Source of the DNA: Macrostomum lignano
Taxonomy: Eukaryota
Length of the DNA: 64,000 bases
NCBI GenBank assembly: GCA_002269645.1
Contig: NIVC01004000.1
Span: forward strand, 1,789-65,788
Direction of reading: 5' to 3'
This document shows, in pieces, positions 12,729 through 23,933 of this stretch; within the stretch, counting starts at the first letter, position 1; every line of letters begins with the position of its first letter. The position numbers and the translations under genes were made by a program. The notes beneath the pieces are model-generated. The model saw nothing but the letters and a program-made list of their open reading frames with translations, had not been told where the DNA came from and did no database searches.

Positions 12729-13148
12729 TCACTTCCTCTGGTTACTAGTCGGGACGTTCGTGAACCGCAGGTTGTTATGATAATCTTTGTTCTTCTGCTT
12801 GGCCTTCAGCTTACGACTGACCCCCTCGTTGGACTCCTCGATGACGCAATTGCAGGGGAATAGTTCGGTCGACCTGCCGGCCTGCCTGCTGCACGCAAAG
12901 TAGAGCACCAGAGTGAGCAAGAACATCAGGTTGATGAGCAGCAGAACAGTGAGGATGCCGTGCTGAAGTCTGTCAGGCGAAATCGACCTCTTCAGAGCGT
13001 GTCGCATTGACGCGAGATTTTGTCTCAACAGCAGTATGTCGATGGGCATTTCCTTGACGTGAGCATTGAAAAATTTTCGCAGCAAGTCTTTGTCGTGCTC
13101 GGAGAGTCGCATCCAGAGCTTTGAAATATAGTTTTCCGAGTCCGACAT
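12729..13148 (-). CDS. Orphan 139-aa protein with one predicted transmembrane helix
   Basis: ATG at 13148 (MSDSENY..); GC-richer coding-like composition; hydrophobic GILTVLLLINLMFLLTLVLYFAC; no recognised homology. Confidence 0.55.
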   Translation of the reverse strand: MSDSENYISKLWMRLSEHDKDLLRKFFNAHVKEMPIDILLLRQNLASMRHALKRSISPDRLQHGILTVLLLINLMFLLTLVLYFACSRQAGRSTELFPCNCVIEESNEGVSRKLKAKQKNKDYHNNLRFTNVPTSNQRK

Positions 13149-13694
13149 TGTCGCTAAGCTACCGTTTGATTGGGCAGTGTTCAGTTCGATCAATATTGAA
13201 GTCTTTAGTTTGATAGCGTTTGCATTAAATTGCGAGTACTTATTTATACACTTTCATTGTAATCATTAAATAGTTCATCCTGTTTCTCGATAGCTCGTAT
13301 AGCCATAGACATGTTGGACTTTATTGTCCCGATAAAAGTACATACGGCTGGTATACTGAATACATCTGTATCAAACAACAAAGAAGAAAGTAAACTGATA
13401 TCCGCAAATCAGTATCGAGAAAAACAATAATTTATCAATGCCTACTGATTGGCTTTTGGAAAATATTTAATTATAAAGCAGTCCAAAGCGATGTATACAT
13501 CTAAAATACATCTTGTTTCGATAATTTGTCAAAGTTCACACTCATAAAAGTGCTCAGAGGAAAATCTATTGCAGGAGAATTCACGTACTCGAGTGATTCA
13601 ATAAGGAAAACAGAGGAAATTCGATCAATTTTAGAGTCCATGACATTGGATTGCTCATTTTATATTGGTTGAAACGGCATATCCGCTTTTTTAG

Positions 13695-16600
13695 TTATTG
13701 CCTTCCACCGCCCGTGCGAATGTAGGAGATCGTCGTTGGAACGTGGACCTCCTCGAATGTGCACAAGAATGCGTCTGCGCTCTGCAATGCAGTACATGTA
13801 GGTTCGAGCGTGTAACAATGGGCATAATGCTTTAACAGTCTAGACTACTGGAGTTCGCCCAGTCAAGTAGTCATGCTGGAGTATATTAAGCCTTTCAAAC
13901 CTTTTCGTCCGGCAGGCAGGCACCGAGAGCCTGCAACAGGAGTGGCTCATCAACAACGCTGCTCTTGAACTGGGCATAGTCAATGGTACCCTTCTTCTGC
14001 GTGTCCTGCGGGTTGAATGCATGAATTGTGTTTGAAGCTGATGTTGGAACACGTCTATGGCCAAAATACCAGCTATTGAATATAGACCGACACTGTGGAA
14101 AGCTTCTTTATATATTTAAGAATTTGAGCATTCATTTAAGGCATTTAAGGCCACTACCAATCATATTACTTTCATCTACCTACATGCACCGTCTATGGTC
14201 AAAACACCGCGTCTATGGTCAAAACACCGTCTATGGTCAAAACACCGTCTATGGTCAAAACACCGTCTATGGTCAAAACACCGTCTATGGTCAAAACACC
14301 GTCTATGGTCAAAACACCATCTATGGCCAACTTAAAACTTGTCTATGGTCAAAACACTGTCTATGGTCAAAACACTGTCTATGATCAAAACACCGTCTAT
14401 GGTCAAAACACCATCTATGGCCAACTTAAAATCTTGTCTATGGTCAAAACACCGTCTATGGTCAAAACACCGTCTATGGTCAATGGGACAGGCAAAGGCA
14501 GAGCATTAAATTCAATGCTCTCCCCATACGCGGCTTAGACCATAGACAATTCCAAGTTTAAGATAAGCAATCCATGTTATTCCAGGTTCATCCATGGTTG
14601 GCAGGGTCTTGAATTAAATGCAAAATTTCCTAAATAATTTTTTTTAAATCTTGCAATTAGGGGGCGCAATGGGCGGTTTCATGACCCACTGAGAATGTCT
14701 ATGGTAAAAAGACCGCGCAATTCAATGACGTCACAAAATTCAAAGACAGGTCTTCTCTAAAGAAAGGAGTGCTTGTATGGACTTACATAATTTTGATTAG
14801 TCAAATTTCCTTTGAATTATTTACTATATCATTAAAGTTTACTAAACAGATAAAGGATATATCTGTTTAATAAATACGTAGATTCCGCCCATCTACGAAG
14901 TCGCAATTAATTACGCTAACGTCAAATGAAAATTGTCGCTTTAGAATGCGACTTCTGACTTAAGTTTTAATAAAAATTATTGTTATTATTTGTTTGCTCC
15001 GTTACTAAAATTACTCACAAACTTTTTGAAGACAATCTCCACCAGGTCCCTGACACCCTCGTCGGGATCCTCTTCCACGGGTTGCTGAAATTTAAAGTTT
15101 GTTACTGTTTTAATACACTGTTTAAACAGGTATTTCTGCTTTAAGTTTCCAGTCTAAAACCATACATGGAATTCTGAATCTGCTTCAAATTTATTCGAAA
15201 CATTAGCAACAATTTGAAAAGATGTTCTTAAATTTTTTTTGTGACAGGCAGTGAATTTTTGCTATTTTTGTGCAAGTTCAATGAATTTAACTTTGCAGTT
15301 TAAACAGCCGATGTTCAGGTCCATAACGCGTTCATATTAGGAGCATATTGCGCAAGGAAAGTACTTTATCAAGCAAACATGCCGATTAAAATGGCTAATA
15401 TAGCCGATGATAATTAGCATTTTTCACGAGTCTAGGAATTGAATGCCAAAAAGTAACCCATAGCAAATACAATAAATCATTAGTAGGCCATAGGCGCAGT
15501 ACAACTGGATTGAATTGAATGAAACTTCTAAGAAAACGAGATTCCAAGTGCAAGTTTAATTTATTATCAAAATTGTGCAAATTGTTCACATCTTGCAATT
15601 GCTGCATTCAGACATGCGTATGACGTGTGTGTTGAACCATAAAAAATTACAGCAAGTTTGGAACTTTATCTAGCAAATACGAGACAGCACTTACGTAGTC
15701 CAGGCTTCCCTAAGGTGGGTTTGGTAGGATTTGTTAATATAATTGTATAAATTTATAAATTGCAAATCGTAATTTAGGCTTTCGACAGGAATAGATTTGG
15801 TAATAACACAGGGTGAAAAAATCAGAGCCAATTTTATAAATAGCTATATCTGATCGTCTTCTTGCTGAAGTTGATTATTGCGCTAAGTTTAAAGATGTTA
15901 TCTCGGGTATAGATAGAAGCATTTAAATATGTTCAACATAACAGTTCGTAGAAACATTATTTACCATTCAGACGACAATTGAAACCCAAAATCGTTTAAA
16001 TATAGCTACTCACCCTAATCAGAGTTGACTTCAGCAGCTGAAACATCTCGTCCCTGCTGATGACTCCATCCGAGTTGAGATCGTACGCTCGGAATGCAAC
16101 TGAAACCGCGAGAAATTGTCAATTTGTTATGATTGGGGGGCAAAATAGGTGCAAATCCTGGGAACTTGTAATCATAACCTCATACTGCATGGCTAAAAGC
16201 GGAATTCTTACAACTGGTTTTCTCTTCCAATGTGCCTCTGAGAAACGTTGAAATGCCTTTGAGCCACTCTTCCTGACTGATGTTGGAGTCGGAGTCTGTG
16301 TCGAAGGCTCGAAATACTGAAGCGTCATTTTCGCGTGTAAATGTCTGATATATTATGATTTTTGAAAAAATATATCAATTCTAAAAAAAGTTTATTACCT
16401 TGGTCCATCATCAAATCGTCTGTCATGCCGAACGAATTGTGCAAGATGTCCTTGAACTTATTTCTGTCTAGTTTAGCATCATCTGCACCGCCAGTAATGT
16501 CTTTGTACATGTTCAAGAGATGCTCGCATTCCTTTTTTGTAACTGAAATTGTAGGAACTTAATTTTTTTACAAAACTGAATCGTCAGATGGTATCATGAT

Positions 16601-17038
16601 TGAAAATAAAGTAACTGCGGAACTTCGGCGTTACTAATGACTGAGATGTACTGCTTTTGATACTCCTACTCGTACCAATTTAATTTGTATCATGCTTTCC
16701 CCTCTAAATTAATGATGTGTGACATCATAGACCTACATGAGCCAACGGACTAGACCTAATTAAGTGTAATTTATATCTACATCTACTTAATAAGTAGTCA
16801 GAGCGAGCAGAAAGCCAGTCTGGCTGCGTGGCCGTGGGAGTGGGAAAGATCGATCAATCTGATTTCTGCGGCTTTCTGATTTTTACGTGGAATGTCAATG
16901 ACCACTGCATGTTTTAGTAGGGGACCACTGCAACTCTAAAATAAAAGTATATATTTTTTCGCATTGTTTCTCACAGTTTGTTTGTGAATGTAGAGCTTCC
17001 GCTATTTTTGAAATATTCGCTTTTGCTGACGCTTCCAT
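13695..17038 (-). CDS. EFCAB1: Calaxin / EF-hand calcium-binding protein EFCAB1 (outer dynein arm-associated)
   Basis: Seven exons: 17038-16975, 16542-16399, 16316-16212, 16099-16014, 15084-15019, 14005-13901, 13781-13695, phases consistent. Motifs [76 protein letters not shown]. Confidence 0.95.
14187..14482. repeat. 18-bp tandem repeat GTCTATGGTCAAAACACC (EFCAB1 intron)
   Basis: About 15 copies; explains the VYGQNT ORFs. Confidence 0.95.
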
Positions 17039-17947
17039 TGTGAGGTTGTGGTTATCGTATTATCATATACTCGAAAAAAATGATTAAACAGCTTTTAAAA
17101 GCTTATATAGCAAGCGTCAAACGTGAATAAAAAGTGCTTTCAAATATCTCAAGAATTAAACGAACTTGAATTTGCGCTAGTTAAAGTAACTTTAGTGATA
17201 CAAGAATAAACAAATGCATTTGTGTCCATATAATATTTACGCAAACTTTACACAGAGACTATCTTATGTTATTTATAGTTTAAAAGTTGATGTCGCAGTA
17301 GGTAACTTGTTCGTCTGAATATTGATATTGGAATATTTTTGACTTTGTAATTATTCTTAGAAACAATGACGAAACTTTAAATTTTAAACGTTGCCGCTAT
17401 AACTGTACATGCATTGATTGTCAGTATCTTGATTTCCTAATAGCATTGTGTATTAGATTATTCTTTTACATGTAATGCTATCCAATATAATTTTTTACGA
17501 TTTTAGGCTTATATGCTAAAAATTTTACCATACTACTAAATCTCATCTCACCCATCATTTATTTTTATTTCTATGACTAGATTCCAATTATAAATTAAGT
17601 TTTCCATTTTTCGAAAGGGCTGGGACTGGGAGCTATTCTTCATAATCAAAATTTAGCTGCTGTAACTATGTACATGGAGACTAGGCCAAACTTAATCATT
17701 TTGTACACTAACTGTGTACAGAGGCACGCCTGGCTCCTCTGTACGCCAAGTTGTATGCCAATGGTGTACTCTATGTCCCTCTATACGCCGAGTGAGTCTG
17801 GCCTACAAGTAAAAGAATTTTACTAAACTTTAAAATGTCAATTTTTTGCTTAAAACTATTATTCTTTGTTTCACCTTGGTCTGTTTTCCATGTAAATAGC
17901 ATTATTATTTCTAGTTTTGTTTCCTATCTTTGTAAAGGAGCTTTCCT

Positions 17948-18391
17948 GGCAATCCTACACTTCCGTTCGGTAAATTATTTTGACATTGAATTTTGAACAG
18001 GCGTGGTAAATAACACTGTAACCAAACAAAACTAAAACAGTGGAACATGGTAGCAGTCTATTAGAGCGCATAGTCACTTAGAGTGTGTCTGCAGGTCATT
18101 AAGGTGTCTACAATGGATAGTAATGTCCAATCCAGTACAGGATAGCCCCAAATGGACATTGGGGATACAGACAATGCCAGAGAAATTCCTCAATGTGTTC
18201 TCTCAATCTATTCAATTAATTTAACTCAAGCAGCTCACAAGCAACAGCTCCCTTAAACTGACACCCCTTTAAACTCTGTTCGCTCAAACTTTTGGCCATA
18301 GTCATAGACACATTGCCAATCGACGTCATTTGACTCGGTGGTACGAATTCAAATGTGAAAATAATTTACCGAACGGAAGTGTAGGATTGCC
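17948..18391. mobile_element. MITE with GGCAAT termini, 444 bp
   Basis: TIR GGCAATCCTACACTTCCGTTCGGTAAATTATTT (33 bp perfect, degenerate beyond); 8-bp TSD GCTTTCCT at 17940-17947 and 18392-18399. Confidence 0.9.
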
Positions 18392-19744
18392 GCTTTCCTT
18401 GGTTGATATTCAACTATAAACTCTATACTATACTTAACTTCAAATCTATATTAGCCTATATACTAAAAATAAGTTGTTTTATTATATACACTAAGCCTGA
18501 ACTTAGCTTTTTTGTATACCAACTGTGTATACTAATGTTGACACTGAAAGTTCTATAAAAATTGTATGCTATGAATGTTAATAAACAGAAAAAGACTACA
18601 ATTTTCTATAAGGAAAAGAAGTATAGAAGTGTAAAGGCTATTTGCCCAACTATGTTTGCTATTAAATATCATGGAATAATATAGACCTATAGTAGCTAGA
18701 GCTAGTTCTTTTGCAAAAAACTTAGAAAAGAGAAATTTCATATAAGAAATATTGGTAAAACTTTGACTATAAAAAACTAAACAAAAAATAAAAGAAAAGC
18801 TTATATGTAGCTATATTATCATCTGGTTAGGCAATCTTTTGTTTTGAGCATTTAATTATTTTTCTATAGAATTTCATAGTTTCTATTTATTTTAATAGTT
18901 AATATAATCATTAAATCAACTATATAATTGATTTAATGAAGATATTGATACATTTCAATAGATAAATTGTTAATTTTCAACTAATAAAACTAATAAATAA
19001 GTGAATAAGCATAAAATAAACAATGGTTATCCTGGTATATGTAGGTTAGCATTAGCAACTAGATAGATAATTGAGTTGCATGATTACTTCAGTTATGAGT
19101 CTATTGCATCTGCCCTACATTGACTAACTATTGACTGAGTCTACCTACCTAGCTAATAGTCAAAGACTATATTAGAAACAAATATTCCAAGCCATATCAT
19201 TTTGTGCCCATTTAGATGATACATTTCTATTACCTAAATATATCAAAATGCTAAGATTAACATTCATCAATATATTTGATGATATAAAATTTCTTTTATA
19301 CTATAATTGTCTATAAAGCCAAGGGATTAGTAAAGCAACTTCTATTTTTGTACATTTCTTATAACTCAATCAAGGTTGCTATAAAGTAGCATATAAGCTA
19401 AGGTTCAACAAACTGCAGCCTCAAAGTCTCTATATGACCTTTTAGTACTTTAAAACTTCACTATTATTGCAATCCAGCCTACACAAGTTGAAGGCTTCTA
19501 TCTCTTATTAGCTCTCTCTTCTCCTTTCTTTCCTTATACCTCTCTTTTCATCTCTCATCTATCTCCCCCTCTTTTGTGTCTATTCCCCTCTTCTCATCTC
19601 TGATCTGGCTCAAAGTCATGAGCTAGATTATTTGTTTGAATCTTGAGGTAAAATGTTTGCTGACCCCTGATGTAACCAGGCCTAGCAGACACTTAATTTC
19701 CATGTCTTAATTTACAACTTATTTCAGCTCGGCGACGATCTGTT

Positions 19745-20785
19745 ATGGAGGCCGACGAGCAGTTTGACTTTCTATTTAAAATAGTACTAATTGGCGACGC
19801 CGGTGTTGGCAAGTCCTGCGTTGTTCAACGCTTCAAATCTGGAAATTTTCTAGAAAAGCAAAGCAGCACTATTGGCGTAGATTTCACTATGAAGACTCTG
19901 GTTGTTGATGGTGCCAGGATTAAACTGCAAGTATGGGACACTGCTGGACAAGAGAGGTTCAGAACTATCACTCAGTCCTATTACAGATCCGCCAATGCTG
20001 TCATACTGGCTTACGATATTACCAAGCGGGTATGTCTAATTTGTTGTTTGCTATCAATATTGTCCCTTCTCACCCATCATCCCCTCAGCCATCACCTCAG
20101 ATATCACCCACCAGCCATCACCTCAGCCATCACCTCAGCCATCACCTCAGCCATCACCTCAGCCATCACCTCAGCCATCACCTGAGGCTGAGGCTATCAC
20201 CCTCTTAGCTATCACCTCATCAGCCATCACCCCTCAGCCATCACCTCATCAGCCATCACCTCCTCAGCAATCACCTCATCAGCCATCACCTCATCAGCCA
20301 TCACCTCCTCAGCCATCACCTCATCAGCCATCACCTCCTCAGCAATCACCCCTCAGCCATCACAGCTATCGCTCCCTCAGCTATCACCTCATCAGCCATC
20401 ACCTCATCAGCCATCACCTCATCAGCCATCACTCATCACTTAACCTGATTTCCAGGAATCATTCGACTCCCTTACCACGTGGATTGATGACGTCAGTCGG
20501 TACGCCGGCTCCGGCATGTGTCAGATTTTAATCGGGTGCAAGAAAGATTTAGAACACCTGCGCGAAGTTCGAGTGACTGACGGAGTTGATTTCGCGGCCA
20601 AGATGGCCATGCTGACCTGCTTGGAGACCTCGGCCAAGGAGAACTCCAATATTGATCAGCTATTCGAGACGTTGGCCGCTGAACTGAAACGCCGACACGA
20701 TGGCGGCATCTCCGGCGGTCAGGGCGACACTTCAGCAATTCACCTTAATAGCCGGTCACTTGGCAGTGGCTGGTCCTGTTGCTAG
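19745..20785 (+). CDS. RAB43: Rab GTPase of the Rab43/Rab19 family
   Basis: Exons 19745-20029 and 20456-20785; [45 protein letters not shown]-terminal CC prenylation signal; G4 motif reads CKKD. Confidence 0.9.
20065..20436. repeat. 12/15-bp minisatellite CAGCCATCACCT(CAT) filling the RAB43 intron
   Basis: Read directly; ends next to the branch point/acceptor. Confidence 0.95.
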
Positions 20786-22112
20786 GGAGATTTGTGTTTT
20801 GAATATTATATTTCAAGAACCACTAGCAGCTAGGGAGCTAAAAGCACAGTTTTTTGAAGGCTTCAGTTAAGTTAAGATAAAATAGTGACTAACCACGGTC
20901 AATTCTGCTTAACCTGCTACAGACAAAATGGTCTTGGCGCGCTTGTATGTGCTTAGGAGTCAACAGAAAATTAACATTGTATTGAATGTCAGGTAATCTT
21001 ACGCATTCTCTTACCAATCAGTGGTTCTTGTTATTATAGTATACAAATCTTGCCTCTAGGGGAGTCTGTATTTTCGGTTTTTTTTTCTTTCTGAACTGGC
21101 AAAATCATGGTACAGTGTAAAACTTGTTAACCGGTATTTACTGCATGTCTTGGCCTATTGTTTCTGGGGTTCCGAGCTCTTTTATCTTTAAATCTGCGTG
21201 CATTTTTGAGGCTTTCTGTTTTATACAATTGTCGCAATATTTGCGCTTTGAATTTGCTGATAGGCTGTGAGTAGGCTATTCAAGCATCGACTCAAACTCT
21301 TGTTAATTGTAAAGTATTTAACGTGTCTGACTTTAGTCCCCTTTAGAGAGTGCACGTGTCCGATGATTAGAGAGTCAAAGGGCCACTGTACACACTGTGT
21401 GAGCGTGTGTGCTCAGGAGCCAGCGGTATTGTTATTTACTGATTTCCTCCTGGACTTGCGGTAGTGCAACTCACAACTATATATTTAGCAACCTTCTAGA
21501 AGGGATCCTTGAATATTTAAACTATCGTTGCAATATAAAATCTTGGATAAATTCTATAAATTTTTCCTGCCTATGTTGTTCTTGTTTAGTTCAGATGCAC
21601 TAAATGAGCTGCTCATGGTGCGTCATGCGTGTTTTCCTCTGTTAATGTTATTGTTGTTTGGTTAGTTATTACATAATGCAGATGGAGTATAAATATCTTA
21701 TAATAATAATTTGCAATGTCCCTTTCTGTATCACTGATATACTGGAATACTGATATACTGATAAGCGGCTCTTTTACAAAGCGCTCATGTACTCTTTTTT
21801 CACAGGTAAAATTAGCGTCTTGCTTTTAAAGATATTAAGTTTTGAAAACTGCAACAATCACCTCTGGCTTTCTACAAGCAAAACCATTAAATTGGCATCG
21901 TCACTCTGTTTTACCGACTCCCGACAGCCTTAGACACAAAATTATTTAAAAAGAAATCAATTCAAGACCGAAGATTGCAGGAAAACTTGAAGAAGCCAAA
22001 TCCAGTGCGTTTGCATAGCGAGCAAAAGAGAAAAAGGGGAGGGGGGCGCCCAGCCCCCATCAAGGTCGATAAACAGCTGGCTTTCCTCTTGCCCGCTTGT
22101 GTCTGCATTTGA

Positions 22113-22660
22113 ACTCTCTCCTTACTGCTATCTCATTGGCTGAGCTAGATTGAGCCTGCCCCCTAGGCTGAGTTTCATCGGTCTAACGTTGACCTCTCTC
22201 CTTACTGCTATCTCATTGGCTGAGCTAGATTGGGCCTGCCCCCTAGGCTGAGTTTCATCGGTCTAACGTTGACCTCTCTCCTTACTGCTCTCTCATTGGC
22301 TGAGCTAGATTGGGCCTGTCCCCTAGGCTGAGTTTCATCGGTCTAACGTTGACCTCTCTCCTTACTGCTCTCTCATTGGCTGAGCTAGATTGGGCCTGTC
22401 CCCTAGGCGAGTTTCGTCCGTCTGACTTTGACCTCTCTCCTTACTGCTCTCTCATTGGCTGAGCTAGATTGGGCCTGCCCCCTAGGCTGAGTTTCATCGG
22501 TCTAACGCTGACCTCTCCTTACTGCTCTCTCATTGGCTGAGCTAGATTGAGCCTGTCCCCTAGGCTGAGTTTCATCGGTCTAACGCTGACCTCTCTCCTT
22601 ACTGCTCTCTCATTGGCTGAGCTAGATTGGGCCTGCCCCCCAGGCTGAGTTTTGTCCGTC
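22113..22660. repeat. 80-bp tandem repeat containing ATTGGCTG (reverse CCAAT box)
   Basis: Period 80 (22121, 22201, 22281); about 7 copies. Confidence 0.95.
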
Positions 22661-23236
22661 TTGCGTTCACTTGTGCACATCGAGTTAAATGCTTGTTCGA
22701 TCTTAACCCCATTATGCTCCGGAGGCCGCAAACCCCAGACAGAGGAAGGGAAGGCAATTTTAGCTGCCATAGTAAAGTCAAGTGACACTGCGCATATAAA
22801 CTACTGAAACCTAAAAGAGGCTCTGCTTTTCTACAACTAATTGCAAGTGACGTATTCAGTTATTATGGTATATTTGTGGTTTGGATGCGTAAGAGTTGCA
22901 TTCCATATTGTTTTTTCCGTGTTAATTAGCTCTAAAAACTGTAATTACTAGCCTGATTTATCTATTTTAGATAGTAAAATTGTCTCTTCTCTTGCTCACC
23001 TTGTTTGATTCACTAATTGCCTGCTGTTTAATAGAGAGAACATATTTTACCGATTTTGTCCAATTTTAGTTATTGTTTTTTTGTTCGTAATTATTGACAG
23101 GCACAACTTTCTGTTCTCCGCATTCCTGTTAATGCAAGGGGGTTGGTTAAACTTATTTATTGTGAAGAATTACCTATTTCTGGCTTATACTTTTTTCAAC
23201 GGTACCATCCTATATACTAAAATGTTATCACTGTAA

Positions 23237-23895
23237 TCACCTAACAGTGTCCCAGATTCTCCTAAAAGACTATATAATCGCCTAACAGTGTCCCAGATTC
23301 TCCTAAAAGACTATATAATCGCCTAACAGTGTCCCAGATTCTCCTAAAAGACTATATAATCGCCTAATAGTGTCCGAGATTGTACTAATAGACTCTATAT
23401 AATCGCCTAATAGTGTTTGATATTCTCCTAATAGACTATATAATCGCCTAACAGTGTCTCAGATTATCCTAATAGACTCTATATAATCGCCTAACAGTGT
23501 CCCAGATTCTCCTAAAAGACTATATAATCGCCTAATAGTGTCCGAGATTGTCCTAATAGACTCTATATAATCGCCTAATAGTGTCTGATATTCTCCTAAT
23601 AGACTATATAATCGCCTAACAGTGTCTCAGATTCTCCTAATAGACTATATAATCGCCTAATAGTGTCTGATATTCTCCTAATAGACTCTAATCGCCTAAT
23701 AGTGTCTGAGATTCTTCTAATAGACTATATAATCGCCTAATAGTGTCCCAGATACTCCTAATGGACTATATAATCGCCTAACAGTGTCCCAGATACTCCT
23801 AATGGACTATATAATCGCCCAATAGTGTCCCAGATACTCCTACTAGACTCTATAGAATAATATCCTAACAGTGTCCCAGATACTCCTAATGGAAT
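23237..23895. repeat. 41-43-bp tandem repeat CTATATAATCGCCTAACAGTGTCCCAGATTCTCCTAAAAGA
   Basis: About 16 copies directly upstream of the OSBPL1A-like ATG. Confidence 0.95.
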
Positions 23896-23933
23896 CTCTA
23901 AATATTCTGATTAGCTAGCTTAACCTTGCAGCC

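Noticed and set aside
13303-14060. Putative MITE bounded by CCATAGAC..GTCTATGG
   Set aside because: It would enclose two conserved EFCAB1 exons, and there is no TSD.
22113-22660. CRISPR-like array
   Set aside because: Units are wholly repeated with no unique spacers; eukaryotic context; no cas genes. The same applies to all other arrays.
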